Below are positions 28,801 to 43,800 of a DNA stretch of 64,000 nucleotides, piece after piece; positions within the stretch are counted from its first letter, which is position 1, and each line of letters opens with the position of its first letter. The DNA is taken from NCBI GenBank assembly GCA_000934665.2, contig JYFJ02000112.1:62001-126000 (forward strand), read 5' to 3'. Made by a program: the position numbers and the translations under genes. The notes beneath the pieces were generated by a model that was not told the origin of the DNA, did no database searches, and saw nothing but the letters and a program-made list of their open reading frames with translations. This DNA is from Catajapyx aquilonaris. Taxonomy: Eukaryota.

Positions 28801-31800
28801 ATGAACCGAATTGAATTCCTGTCCAGAAAACGAGCTCCATACCTGGTCTAATTTCACCTGTTCTGAAAGCTCGGCTTCTGTTATTCCTTTCACAAGTCAC
28901 GAGAGAATGGTGGCTTCGATTGGCGGCCACAAAATTACACCTGTGTTTTTTATATATATTATTAATGGCTGGCATTATGCAGCGAGAGTACGTGATGTAC
29001 ACCTCCTAAGCCAGGCTAATTTTCTGACACGGAGCCATTTTTCAAACCCTGGATTTTCTTTTGTGTCTGCGTTGTAAATTGTTGGGCATATTGCGATATC
29101 CCCCAGACAACCTATGGGGTGAACGTGAAAAATTGTCAGCTTATATGCAGCACAAAGCCCGCAGGATTTATGCTGTGTATACATTCAGATTAACACACGG
29201 GGGACACCATAAAATATTTATATTTATAGCAAATACCTGCAACACATTCCCTATAAAAGTTGTGTAATAAAAAGGGTCACGTTGACCATTACTCATCTCG
29301 GTTCATCCTGAGGTGCAACTTTTGTCCAAGTGAAAGGAACCTTTCTCCTGATTCACAGTGTAAAACCTCCTTCCTTGAGATGCAGTAGCCGCACAAACTT
29401 TCTGACAAACTTTTTAAGAGGCTTACAGGACAAAATGTTATTCAGTACTCCCCCTCATAGCACAGTGACATTCGCAAAAGTTTTTAACTAGTTAGCAGGG
29501 GCACGGCAAGTTCCAAAGGCTTTGAAACCACTGGTGCCAACGTCGATGGTGGATACTTCCGGAGTGTGGCTGCCGATGCTTATTAACGTGTCAAGAGAAG
29601 AGGCCACAAGGTATCTTCGTGGGTATACACAAGACCCGTGGTTACGATGCCCCTATGACAAAGTTGGAACATGAAAAGTTGACAGTTTAGGATTTTTAAA
29701 AATGTAACAGTTCAACGCATTGTTACATTATGAGTTCCATTAACTCTTGGACTGTGTAATTTTTGTAATGAGCTTCAGACTGGAAAAAAAACGTGAAGTC
29801 TGCCGCGGAGTGTAATTTGTGTGGACACAATGACGAGGTCGTTAACCTGGATCTGGCGAATGTGCCTGCCTTTTCAAAGCTTGACGATGAGGAGTAGTTA
29901 GATAATTGGATTAGTGTGCGGCTTCTCCCACCTAGTTTGGAATATACTTGGAGCCTTTTGGACTAAGTAGGAAGAGAGTATCAAGGGAAGGGAGGGGATT
30001 TAGTGTCAGTTAGGCCTCTTCGCCGCGCAGGTAAACTTTGGATTTAAGCGAAGTGGCTCCATTGAGGGGTTTTGAGAGAGCCAACTTCGAGAGAAGTCGA
30101 ATTCATTATGTTGGAAAAGTAATGAGTCGCTCTGAATAGTAAGAAGAGACGCCGCAGAACCTAGAACCAGAACATGCAATGCGCGACATTAAATCGTAAA
30201 TTTCAAATATTTGGTCTATTTCAACTGGTTGTAAGTAGTGAAAACAACATTTTAATAACGTGGCAGCACAGCAGGTGCTCAAATATTAGCACATGATATT
30301 ATGCGCGCTACACGCCAGGTTATAAAAACACGTTAGCATTTCTCATGCGCTGTGTGGTTTTAATTTTTCCATGACCCCTCACATTATTGGAATTAACAAG
30401 TGGGTATGAGTCGACCAGGGGGGGATATATACCAAAGCCCAGGTATCGATTTGGCGATAAAAAGGATTGCCTGACTTGGCCCGGTAGATATGGCGAATCC
30501 AGTTTTTTTGATTCCGGTCCGAAAGTGATGACCCGAGGCCACGTTGTTGGCACACGAAACTATCTTGAGGGCGGATACGGTGTTTTTTTCTCCAGCATTT
30601 GCGTCACGAAACTCTTCCATGATGAATAACTCGTGCGGTCAGACTCTCAAAGGTGCAGTATACGTCCAGGAAAATTTACACCAGTTTAAATTTTTACCAT
30701 ATCCTACGACTAATCCCCCGGAAGTTTGGTCCATCAAGCGATGTCAATTAAATTTTTTTTCTCATCCGGACGTGTGAAGCTGCAAAGTGACATCCTGCCA
30801 GCTCCAATATCGTTTGGCTCGACGTCACATGCTGTTTTTTTTTTTCTCCAAAGCTATCTTTTATAAGTGGGTACTTTCGGGTTGTCATTCATCAAATGTG
30901 GGGGAGGTCTTAGGAGAGACCCTGTCTTGAGAGGGAAAGTCGCAGCATCCCGGAGTATTGATCACATAAGGCTTGCCTTGCGCTCTTTTATGCACGCTTC
31001 CCACCAGAGATTTTTTTTCTTCTTCTTATTTCTTCCTATAACAGGGGAAGGGTAAAAAGGAGGCGGTTAATTTGGCATCGGGGAGAGGCGTAGGTGTAAA
31101 TCCAAAAGGTGTGAAAATTTAGGCTGAGTATATTATGGAAAGATTGTTAATTTTTGTTGAAATATTTGAAGTCATGATCGACGTTTCCATTATTTTTTAA
31201 AAAATGACTAGGGGTCGATTACTTATGCTTTCAAATTGAATGTGCCAGAAATGGGCGTTCTTTGTTGCGGTAGGTTACTTATGCAAAGCAGGTGCGGAAT
31301 ATGTCCTGCTGCACCTGCCAAAGGTCTAATTGAAGGTGGAATGTCGCCTTGAAAGCCAGCTTCACTATATTTCCAACCCAGCTCACGTACATCTCTCGAG
31401 AGCCTACGACACTTTTGCCGCTTTACGCCATATACAACCCACGATGTAGCTGGGGAGATTCTTCCTCTCCCTGTCATGATTTGATATACCGTAAATGAAA
31501 ACGCATTCCGAAGCGACTGCTACACGCATTGTTTAGCTTCGTCTGGCCTCGAAATCAGTGGCGTCAGCTTAGTTATGTATTGTTTAACTCCCCCTACCAG
31601 GAGTACACAAAAGGCATCAAGATGAGATTCATAGCAATGGTGGGGAGAAAAACAACAGTGGTCGCGTGCAAACAAGTGTAATAAAGAAGAGGCGATGAAT
31701 CTTCCGGGCCTTCCCTCCCCCACGAACCTAATGAAAAGCTGAGGACTTGGTGGTCAATGGTGTCGATAGCAGATAGCAAACATTGGTCGAAATTCTAGCA

Positions 31801-34800
31801 TTTCATTAGCGCTATCCAAAAAAAATGGGTAGCTTCGATTTCCGACACGGTTCCTGTGAGAGCTTTTTATTGTTCCGGGGAAGTGCGGGGTAGGTTTGCC
31901 ACCGGAATAAAGATTGTGGGGGCTGACTTTTTTCATCATCATCCCCAGGATGCTCCCGGTGGAAATTGAAACGGGTTGATTTCATCCGGAGAACTGCGGA
32001 AAAATCCACGAGAATATAGAAAGTACAGGGTGGTGCAACAGGTCAGGAATATTGTGCAGGTTCGGTGTGTTTGGGGAGATAAAACCGGGGGGTGAAAATC
32101 GTTTAGAATTGGAAATGGTTTCGCAGCTAGAGTTCGGTGACCTGATGATTTTTTTCCCCCTCTTGGAAAAATCCAAAATGGGTTCTCCCGCCTCCCTTTC
32201 CCTTGAACGTGATCTGCCGGCCCTCAGGTGAGGTTGAGGACATCACCCTTTAGAAAACGAGCCCTCTGTTATGCTCCATCTTGCTTACATTTTTTTTAGT
32301 CCGTTTCCATACCCTGCATACAAACATGTCTAGCTGCCTGAATTTGATCGTAATCCGACGCATTTCGACGCCATTTGCACTCACATCTCGACGTTTATCT
32401 TGTACTGCCGGACCCCAGCTATGAATCTGGACTTGGACATCTGATAGCCCTAATCTCAAAGTATGAATCTTGTTGGCGCAGGAAATAACCCGGATATTGC
32501 GACATTAACAGCGCGGATAAAGAAACTATAGGAGCCACTTTTGGGAACTGGTTTTTGCAACAATGTGGCACTTTATTGCTGCGGGAAAGTGGGTGCAAAC
32601 AATTTTAAATATTAACTAGTTCCTCCTCCCACCCACCAGAGGCGCTGCATCCCCTCATTGCTCATGCGCAGAACGGGTGCTAATCAGAAGCGTCGCGGTA
32701 ACAATATGCGGCGTGCCTCGGTCATACAACGAAGGATTTTGATATTATAGATATACCTGTAGGTTATTTTTAATTGTAGATGGAGCAATTGGTTTTAAAT
32801 TATCTGCTGGTATCACTTATTGACGACCATGATATATTGAGGAAGGAAGGGGCAGTGGCTTTTTACATGAGCTGGCTGATTGCTGGTGCATGTAAGTTGG
32901 TTTTTGCTGTCGACTGTACTTCACCTGAGTTAACACGCGTAGGCGTATGGAGGCCCAGCCTCCAAGCGAACAATAGGAACTAGAGCGTGTCCAGGATTGA
33001 CCCCGTCGCATCGGGGAAGCGGGATGTCCGTGGTCAGCAGTCATTGATTATTAAGTAGCAACCCGCAAAGTGTGTATAGACTCTCGAGCAGGACAAAAGC
33101 TGGACACCCAGGGAAAAAAAAAATCTAGTCCACGAGTAGAATAATGAGAACCCGTCCCACACATCCGAAACGGGAAGCGTGCATGACAGGGTTAGCATGT
33201 GTTATTGGCCAGTGCAAGTGACGTGCATTGTGTGTACCTAGCTCTTTTTGTAATCCGGTGTCAATAAGCGTGCACAATATTTTGTTTTTTAGACCCAAAC
33301 GCGTATGGTTTGAACAATATGTTGTTGATCCGGACACGGAAACCTCAAGGGAATGTCATGTCCGGCTGATCAACCTGAACGTTTTTTTTTTTTGACAGGA
33401 TGTTTATGCCAATTTTCATGGACCCTGTACATTGTATGCGTCGCCTTGACTTTGGCATTGTACAGTTGAATGAACGTCCTGTACCTCCCCTAGCAGATCG
33501 ATCCGGCGCCGATAGCAAGGCCGGGTGCGTATATGTGCACGGCAACGTCGCAACGTGGTCCTAACCCACAACAGAGCCTAGGGCGTACCTTACAAATTAT
33601 TTTTTTTGTGCCTCGTAGGTGGATGCTGGGTAGGGGGGGTCAATGTTGGCAGGCAGCCTCCACCCTACTTATTTTACTGGGATGAAAGCCAGAGGTTTTT
33701 GGGTATGGGGTTGGAAATAGGACATTTTGAGTACAATGATTCATGTGCTGGGATTGATTATTTTGAGGTGACTCAGAGTGTGGCGCCTTAGGGATTAAGC
33801 CCTGTTTCCTCAGTGGTAATTCAGTAGATCCGGACAAAAACAGAGCTCTCATATGTATGCGCGCGCTTGGATGTGTGTGTGTATGGTGTGTGTGTGTGGG
33901 AAAAGCGGAGGTTGGGTTAGTAGGATGCAATAAGTGGTTGGCATTGGCGGTAGGAGTAGGAAAGAGAGCCTGGAAAAAGCAGTGGGGCGGCAGTTGAGGG
34001 TCGGTGGGCAACCGAGGCTGTCGAGAACTGTTGAAGCAGCTACAGAAGACATCTTCAAGATGAGGCTGTTCGCGTCTCTGAACGACTGGTTGGTGTACGA
34101 GAACCGGAAGATGAAGTTTTTGTGGTGCAACAGAGTGGCTTCCGATTTTATCAAGGACTATTTGGAGGCGTTGCAGGATGCTGCAGGTAAAAATTCAATA
34201 ACTGCCCTCACAAAAATGCCTTCTTGACTTACGCAGGGAAAACCTGTTTGGAGTGTCTATTATTATAACATGTTTTTTTAAAAAGTCGAAGGGCATCAAA
34301 AAGCTCCTGCTGGGAGCAACGATCTTTTAAACTTTGTTGTTTGCCCCCCTCCCGGGTTGGGTAAACTTTTAGAGCATATGGAAATGCGGCTTGCCTGAAG
34401 GAGTTTTGTCATATTCGTTAATTCTGATTAAACACAAACATTAGAGGGAGAGCGTATCCAAGGGCACTGATTTTGTGAACAGGTGGGGTGGATTTGAATG
34501 CAATATCAGATTAATTAGCAGGAATCTCATTAGCTAAAAGGAGGAAAATGACGAGAGGCTTCTTACACGTGGCAACAAAGGCTGTGAAGATGGGTGCCAC
34601 ACAAAGGTCTATCAGGAACAGGGGAAGTCGCATCTCCTTTGATTAAACCGCAGGCTAATTGTTCAGCAGGGTTACACCTTCCTGATTTGCGAATCAGGCT
34701 TTTTAAACGAGTAATTACTGGATTACTATCATGTGACGAAGCATTTTCATGAGTGCATTAACCGTCACGTTTTTGGACTTCCAATCGAGAATGAAGCTTG

Positions 34801-37800
34801 AAAATGCAGTCTTTATAATGTACTTAATTACCCTTTCTTCTTAGCCCAAGACATACACCTTGTATCCATTTTGGATGCTCACCTAACAGCCTCGTAAAAA
34901 GACGGCGGCTCCAGTTTTAATAGCAATCTCCTTTTTAATTACTATCAGGTTTCACTAGAGCTGAAGCGGCCTGACCCAAGCAAATTCTTACGGTGAACTT
35001 CGCGAATTGCACAAAAAAAAAATCGAAGCCAGTTCTCCACTATATTGTTAACGGTAACAAAATTTTACGAGGCTGATGGTCTGTTTATTACGGGCAACAA
35101 AACCTTCCGGGCAGATATTGGCGTCTATTTGGAGCCCAGCAATTACAAAGGGCCAGCTGTACCCAACAGGCGGCGAAAAGAGGCCATTATTAGAGCTAGA
35201 TGCGAACAATAGGATTTAAGACACCAATAGGTGATCTGTCACTATTATTTTGGCGCGGGAAGCTATCATTCCCACGGGTGTTCCAGGTAATTAATCATCA
35301 GGTAAGGACGATTATTGTGTCCCTCCTAGTTTGCTCATGGGCACGTTCGGAAAAGGTATTTTCAAAAGAGAGCTGGGATTAATGTTCCGGGAAGAAATTG
35401 GGTTTCGTGACTGAGACTCAATCTGCCGGATGAAGAGAGTTGGCCCAATGAAATATAACGGGGGGGAAATGCCAATAAAACTGCAAAATGTGCCACGTTT
35501 TTGAGTGGTCTTCACGATCTATATGGGCGATGAGATTGACACTATTTTAAGGTTGATTTTCCTATTGAAACAGCATCAGGTGCTTCTGGGAGAAAATTGT
35601 TATTTTACCAACTCAAAATTATTTCCACGAATTTTGTTAATTTCAGCCACTTTTCTACAATTGCAAAAACGCTCATTTTGAGTTTTGAAAAAATATTTAA
35701 AATGTGTAACAAGGGAAAAGTCGTCAAAATAATTTAGGGTCACACAGTTTGCATTATGCGGAAGACAGTAATTAGACGCGGTATTTAAAAAAAGGGGGGG
35801 GGGAAGGACGATTAACATTGCGATGGTACTGTAATAACGGAGACAACATGATGGTGGACATCTGAAGCACCCGGAAATTTCGGTCGTGTAATGAAATGCC
35901 AGGAACTGGGGAGTTTTGCATACTTGTAGTTCCCCCTTTTCCTGCCATAGCAATCTTGAATATTAATTTTCATAAGTTTTGTTGGAGAGAGAAGAGGGGG
36001 GGAAGGCTGTACTCCAATATCAGAAAGAAAATGCGGATTCATTCTTGGCATAACCTTTTCAAACAATATTCCTAGAAGGATTTTCCAATAAAGCCACGTC
36101 AACATACTGGAGCACATATACTATTAAAAGACGAACTTTTGCTAATCGAATTGAGGTACAAGCTTGTTATGGCGGCTGGGAGCTAATTTTGAACCCTCTA
36201 TTTTTGCCAGCGGTTGAGACACATGGGACAGGAAGCGGCTCTTGTGTAAAACTGACTTTTCCCAACCTTTTAAATTACATTTCCGGGCGTTCACATCCAC
36301 TGCCCATACATACACGATCGGCTAAGCTCTAAATAATTTTTTTGGGGGGGTTGCTGCCATTATACAATTGTATATGAAAACCGAGCTAGGTCACGAGGAA
36401 AAAGGAACATGTATATGACTCGAAGCGGAACAGCCTTGAATGGGGGTTTTCTTATTCCCAAGGTAAATGCTAGCCTTGTCTACAAGTTCCAAGGCTAATA
36501 AACAAAGATGGCCGTCTGGTACGTTTCAGAACTGGCGGTGATGTAAATATAAGTATCTCATCTAGGCGGGATATGAAAAGGGGTGCCGTCAATTGCGATT
36601 AGTACAAAAAAAAAACCGCATATCTCACATCCTGTTGCTGCGGATGAGACTTCTTTTTTATTTTTTAAAAAAGCTCCACATAAAACACAATACCGAAACA
36701 TGACAGGGAAGGGGACAGACAAGAAAACGCGTGTAATTCTGAAGCTTCCTTTGTAAGAAAATAAAAAGATGGAAAGGGGAGATCTTCCTTTTCCTATTGG
36801 TGGGTTTCTAATTTTCGTCGTTTGGGCCCTATATTATTGTTGGAGCCATACCTCCCCCAAAGGGACCCTGATAGTGTCTGGAAGAAGGATGAGGGCGGGC
36901 TTGAATATGATTTAGGCGCTGATGGAAACAAGAACAGGGTGAGGGATGGTTCCCAGAACAAAGTCGACCGATCGATCCCAAAGTAATCACAGCCCTCGTT
37001 GCGGATAAGCAAACCTAAAGGCACATGCCCTGTCATAATATGGACATAATTACAGTGCATATGAAGGGCAAACACAGGCCAATTGGTCTGCCAAAAAGTG
37101 CTGCCAACATTGTGACATTTTCCAGCTTTTTTGATGTTAAATATTGGGGGACCTACCCTCACCATGTAGGAAGAATCGATGACCTTTTGCCAAGCCCTTC
37201 AATCTCCTTAAGTAATCCCCCAAATTGCGTCACTCGATGACAAGTTGAGGGTGACTAAACCTTCTTCCCCCACAGCCATGCACCAGCTCTAATGACAAAT
37301 AATATTCGCGGCTGTTTTCATTCCGGGAGCCCAGGCAAAATTGATCGACCGTAAGGATAATCATCTTTGGGGGACAGCCAGTGCAACAACGGTAAAATAA
37401 ATTTCCCCGGACCATTGTTCCCATCCGAATGATTGTGACGCACATTATTGACATGACTGGAAGGTGAGACATGGTGCCCAGGAAACACATGCTTATCTCC
37501 CCAAGTGAGGGGGAAATTATATGGCAGAGGATATATAAAGTAAGAGAGGGGGAATTTGGGCCCCACCTCTTGGGGGTGCTCTTTCCTCTTTTTTGGCCGG
37601 ATAATTGTGTCGTTTTGGACCGTGGGGGACGGGGTGACGTGGTCGACACCGAAGTGTTTTCAAGTGGTCTCCAAACAGCCTATAGTGTCATGCACTTCAA
37701 ATTGATGTGAACATTTAGATACGTATTAACGCTACGATTTAGTGCGGTGTAAATTTACTGATGTACTGCCTACAAATATCAGAATGTACTAGTTCCTCCT

Positions 37801-40800
37801 GCCACCCACCAGAGTCGCTGCCTCCCCCATTGCGCAGGCGCAGAATGGGGGGGGCCAATCGGAAACGTCGCGGTAACACGATACATGAATAGGATTTTAA
37901 TATTATAGAAATAAAGATTGAGAAAAGGGTACGTAAGATCCGAATTAAATTATGCATCGGGGAGAAGGTTCATAGGACGTGAACCCCCCTTTTCCACAGT
38001 GTTGTCTTCTCCCCTAGTAACATTTTCATAAAAATCAAATATCGCGTGCCCCAACCCTCCATTGGCTTGAGAGTCATCCCCGACAACTTCCTGAAACAGT
38101 TGCCTTTAATTCCTTGCACATATCCCCTCAAAGCCGGACGATTCCTTCGTAATCCCTAACGGCAATTCCTCCGTCACGTTTCATTACCATGGGATCCGAC
38201 CCTCAACACGAAAATCAATGTACTTATGCTTGCTTTCCCCCCCATCCCTTCTCTATATAAACCCTCAGAAGTCCTCATGCATATCCCCCAAAAAGTTTCG
38301 TGAGTTTCTTCCCCTCTCCTGCAGTATGAGTCACTCTTTTTGGCTCAGACATTTGCGTGTCCTGATATATTTTAACCGGAGAAAGAGGCCATAGGGTTAC
38401 AACCAAGGGGAGGGAAACCAGTGTGTATAACCCAGTTTAAGGTTAAAATTGAACCCTTTTGGCTTGTTTATGCGGTCTTGTTTCACCGCCTGAAGAATAG
38501 CACCTTTTGGCAACAAATTCAATGGTGGTTCTCGGCCTCACTCGTAAAATAGAATAGTCACCTAGAGATTGGAGCAGATGTACGGAGCAACGGACGCTAC
38601 CATGGCAACCCCCTGGTTTTAATACGGGTCCTGGGTACAGTCCGGATTTTGTCTTTTTCAAACTCAAGTCTTGTCGGATTCCCCCCGCTCACCATGTTAG
38701 CTTGTGCCTCATTAGTGTCGTGCCATCGCGGCTTGCATATGAAAGTGAATAGCTGTCATGGCAAGAGGCGATGTTGCGAGGATTTTCCATTGCTAATGTT
38801 TTCCCTGTGTTTACTTACGTGTCCTGGCAACTTTTTGTTTCTTCGGAGGAATCCCCCCAATTCCCCCACAGCACAGCAACAGAGCCTTGAGTCGATGCCA
38901 GACCGAGTGAACCCTCCCAAGTTTGCGTCACGGCCAAGGACTGTTGGGTGCCATTCCGGAAAAGGGGGAAGGGAAAAAAATATCCGGATTCCTCCCACGG
39001 TCCGGATCGTTCCTTGTCAAGGATGCTCCAGAATGTGTACTGTGCCATGTATAATATTAAAAATCCTTCGTTGTATGACCGAGGCTTCCGATTGGTCCGC
39101 ATTATATTGTTTGCGCGACGCTTCCGATTGGGCCCCCGTTCTGCGCTTGCGCAATGGTGGAGGCAGCGCCTCTGGTGGATGAGAGGAAGCTCAAAATAGC
39201 CTCCACGAAAGGAGCACATCTCTATGAGACTAATGTGAGCTTCAGGTGTTCTGGAAGTGACTGTACAGACATATTGTGCAAATATGTAAGATCAACTACT
39301 AATGAGCCGCATACTTTTACGACCTCTCCCCCCCCCACAGCTTTTGATGTAACATCACGATTCTTACCCATACAAAAGATGGGGGTCGCCCCCTCTCTAA
39401 TTGACTCGCCCTAGGTGAAATACGGGGCACAATGCCCTCCCTATTCAACCAACCCTCCGCCATCTCTTATCTCATTATTATAATTTATAACAAATTTCGA
39501 GCTCCTAGAGTCACATCCCCCTCCCTATCCAGTCTCTAGAAAGTCGCTCCATTATGAATTCATCATTTGAAGGGGTCGCATTATTTATAGTCGCCATTTT
39601 GGTCATTGTGGGGACAAAATGGCGGATGTTTTTTTTACGGGGGAGGGCGATTGTTGGGAAGTCGTTAAAGGATTAATGATTCGCACTAGCTCTTCTTTCA
39701 GTGGCAAGGCTCGTTAGATGTGAAACGCAACATTAGGTTCGGGGGTGATCAAAGAGAATGTGGACATTGCGGGGTACCCCCCCTATTGTGGGTCTGCTGG
39801 GTGTGCAAAATTTAGCCAAAGAAGAGCAGCTAATTAGTGGCAAACAAGCGGGTTTTTTTAGTACGTGCGTGAGGTGGGGGTCTAAATTGGAGGATTCATT
39901 GGAGTGTCTCAAGGTGTGGGTGTTGGCCGATTTATGGGGAGGTTGAGCCGGGTAATGGCGGCCTGTGAAAATAAAGCCAAAAACAGAGGGTGCTGGAGTC
40001 CCACCCCCGCAAAAGCCTGTGAGAGAAGGCTCTCCGGAGCAGCTGGCCTCTCAATCAGCTATTTCCTCTTTTATTTTCACGGTTGGCATATGGTGCGGAC
40101 GGGTTGCCTTCTTGGTTAATGACCTGTGACACGAAGACCACGCGATTCCCATCACCCATGGCCCTCCATGATTTCTCATCACTTCCTGCAACCCCCTTAA
40201 ACACCATTTATCTGACAAATTGAACCGGATATTAACTGCTGAAATAAGCTTTTTTTTCCACGATAGAAGGTCTTACTACTGTACTCTTAAATGAACAGAT
40301 ATTTTGAGCAACTACGCGTGCTTAATTGTTGATATGCAGGCTTGTCATGCACACTCTATTTCTAGTCCAACCTACATGCATTTGCACGAATGTCTCCGAA
40401 GGACATCATTTATGGAACATGCAACATTACATAACCGCAAATTTTTTCCCCGCAAATTTGCAGACATCCGTCTCCAGCTAAACGAGCAACTAAGATGCCT
40501 GGACACCCGCATGGAAACTCAGGTGGCCCTGGTGTCCGAACTTCAGGATTACTTTCGAAGGAGATCCGAAGTGGAGTTGGACTACAGCAAGAACTTGGAC
40601 AAACTGGCCAAAAGTTTGCTGCTCAGACACAAGGAGCAGAAGCAGAAGTAAGTATTTTTTTTCTTCCCATTTTCCTTTTGTCTGCCCCAATTTCCTTTGG
40701 GTTCGTTCGAGTGATGTCTTGTCATTGTGGTGTCATCTTGGTTGAGTGATTTGGAGTGGATTTGTACAGGGTGTTTCATAATGAAGTTCACTGTGATGTC

Positions 40801-43800
40801 AGCTTTCTTTTGCTCTGCCTTTTTGTACATCGATCCGATGGAACAGGTTTCTTATACCCAAAAATGTCTCCTGCTCTGAAGAAGCTGAGGGGACGGAAAC
40901 GTATATAAAAAAAAGTCGGATTATGGCGGACAAACATCTTGGGTGGAAATGGCTGCCACTCCAGTCTCCCGCTTCGTTACCATGCTATTCACGCCATCTC
41001 CCCCCCTCCTCAGGAGACATTTTTCTTTTTTTTTTCTTCACTTCAATTGAAACAAGTTTGAACCTTCCCTTCGCTCCTTCCTTTGCTCGAGGCACGACCA
41101 TGCTGATAATATGGTGTTGGCACAGCATCATCAACCATATTTTTTTGTGATGCATACGTTATTTTTCATATTTTTTTTGCGCATCTTTTTCCAAAGGCGG
41201 GAGCAATGGCACCTCTTCTCCAGTTACTCTTGCTGGCAGCAGCTCATCAATCAAACGAAGAAGCTGAGCCGAGATCATGCAGCTCTCAGCGATATCTACG
41301 CCAACAATGTCATCAACCGCTTCACTCAGGTGATGGAGGATACCCAGAGGATTTACCGACGGGTAAGAGGTTTTAAAAATAAATCTGGAACTGCTAATGT
41401 AAATTTTCCGCTAAATAACTCGGATGTAACAAACTCATCCATTGGGTCGCGTTTGGCTTTTAGCCAATGACAGCTCGCGACATTCCCACACCCACCACTC
41501 ACGAGCCAAGCCAGCAGGTGACGGTTCCATCAAGCCCCATATCGAGTTAAATGGATGTTCCGGAGGGCACACACATTGTCCTTAGGTCGGAATCCGTTTA
41601 ATTGGATCGAGGAAATTGCAAGGAGGAAAGGGAGAGACGGCTCAATAAAGGTTGATTCATCACGTCTTTGACTCACTGGACGCAGGAAGTGATTGAGACG
41701 CCTTCCATTGCTTATATCAAAATCCACCCCTTTTCCGTCCGATTGCACATATTGATCAGTAAATGCGCATAATTTTGAAACACTACGCTGTAAGTGAAAG
41801 CCAGTGTTATCCGGATTGTTGCATACTGGTGAATAGGGGGGCAAAAAAAAGTGAATTCGAACCAATTGCATTATGCATGAGAGGTTGACAGTAATGGGGA
41901 AGCACTTCATCCAATCGGGAAGGGTCGACAAGAAGGGGAAAAGAGGAAGCTCCAAAATAACTTCTTCAAGAAAAGAGCAGTTGAGGAAGCTTTCCTTTTT
42001 GGGACCAATATATCCCTTGGAGCAAGACTTTTTTAGGAAGGATACAGTCTTATGCGGCTTCTAGAATTTCTTAACATCCGGCCCCGTCCCATCTGGTGTT
42101 AGTTTTCTGCCAAAAAAAAATTGGGGAGATTTATGGAATCAAGCTTGCAACAAGCTGGAGCTGACAGCTTTCGCCAATTAAAATCAACCTGGGAATACTG
42201 GGATGGGAGGGAAAAAGGGCTGGCAAAATTTTCCGGAGGGCCCCAAAGTGGGCATCAGGAGAGGGAATTAGGGATTCCCTGGGCTCACAGGGATAAGCCG
42301 ACAAATTGATTTTTGGGACAGATAGTGATCAATACGATGGTAACTTAGTTATTCGCACAATGGAAACATTTTTGGCCCCATTAGTTTTCTTAATAGGGAC
42401 AGAAATTTGTGGCAATATTGTGATGGTAAAGAGTGGCTAATCAGCTTTAATCCTGCAATGGATGAAAAGAACTTGTATTATTGCGGTTGGTTGTTGGATA
42501 ATCTGAATTGTTGAATTTTTTCAGTGTCGTGAGATTGGGTATGAGACGCATGAAGAGATCCTGAAGGTTCTGCATGAGCTCCATACAGCGATGAAGACAT
42601 ACCACACGTACCAGGGTGAATGTCGGCAAGCAGAAACCAAGCTGCGGTATGTAGAAAGCCAGCGGCACAAGCTGGAGCAGAGCATCCCGAAGGAGAAGCT
42701 GGACAAGTCCAAGAAGTTCCGTCTGATTGAGAAAGAGATCCAGAAGAGGAAGAACAAGTACCTGGATGCCAAGCTCAAGGCACTGAAGGCCAAGAATGAG
42801 TACGTCCTCTGCATGGATGCTGCGAATGCAGCGATACACAAATATTTTGTGGATGATCTCTCAGATATTATAGACGTGAGTAGCCTCAGTTGGGGTTGAC
42901 CGTATGATCCCTAATTGTTCTTTCGGTGGGTTTAGTGCATGGATTTTGGGTTCCACCACTGCGTGGCCCAGGGACTGATGACCCACAACTCAGCGGAGGA
43001 GAATCTCAAGAGGTCAATCCAAGTGGGGATAGAGAATCTCAACAAATGGATTAGCAATTTGGATTCCAGGTTGGACAAGCAGCGGTTCCTGGAGTACAAC
43101 AACTCGGCTTTCATGATTCCAAAGAAGTTTGAGTTCCAGCCCGGACAAAAGGGAGACGAGGTATGTGCATTCGGATATGCACTAGTATGAGAGGGATTAA
43201 TTTGTGCTTTTATTTTCAGCTGGCATTGCAGATTAACGAAGTGGACACTCAGAAGTGCATGCAGGAGGAGCTAGAAACTCGACTGGTCCAGCTCCACAAG
43301 CGATTGACTAGCCTAAGAACAGAGTCGGAGGAAGTGTGGAAGACTCTGGAAACTGCGGAGAAGTCCCTTCTTCTGATGCTTAACACCAAGGATCATGACT
43401 GCAGCTTAGCTTTCATTGACGATGACCGTCCACCGCCCCCAAAGCAGCCTGAAACGATCTCAGTGAAACTGCGAGCTGACAAGCAAGAAACGGAGGATTT
43501 CTACATCACGGTATGTTCACATGTCATATCTGAAAGACAAACGCTTAGTGTACAGACAGATGCTTTTATTATTCTTAAATATTCACAGTTTTTTAAAAAA
43601 TCTATCATAAGAGGTTCTATCATACATTCGTCTGACGTTGGTTCCACATCTCATTTCAGAAATTCCGAGAGTACACATTGGGATGCAATCGCATTTCAAG
43701 GCTTCAAGCCAAGTATGACCACATCAGGAAAGTTCTTGGGGACGACAACAAAGTAGCTTCCTCACCAAAGATGTTACGAAGTGCTGCTGTTCAGAATAAA

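Noticed and set aside
32633..32646. CCACCAGAGGCGC as a CTCF site
   Set aside because: One base shorter than the CTCF core; noted only as CTCF-like within the repeat.
4900..40400. Well over a hundred short ORFs (60-180 aa) in the ORF track
   Set aside because: No recognisable domains, frequent non-ATG starts and homopolymer-derived residues; they lie in the srGAP first intron. I found no nested gene, but cannot exclude small or non-coding ones.
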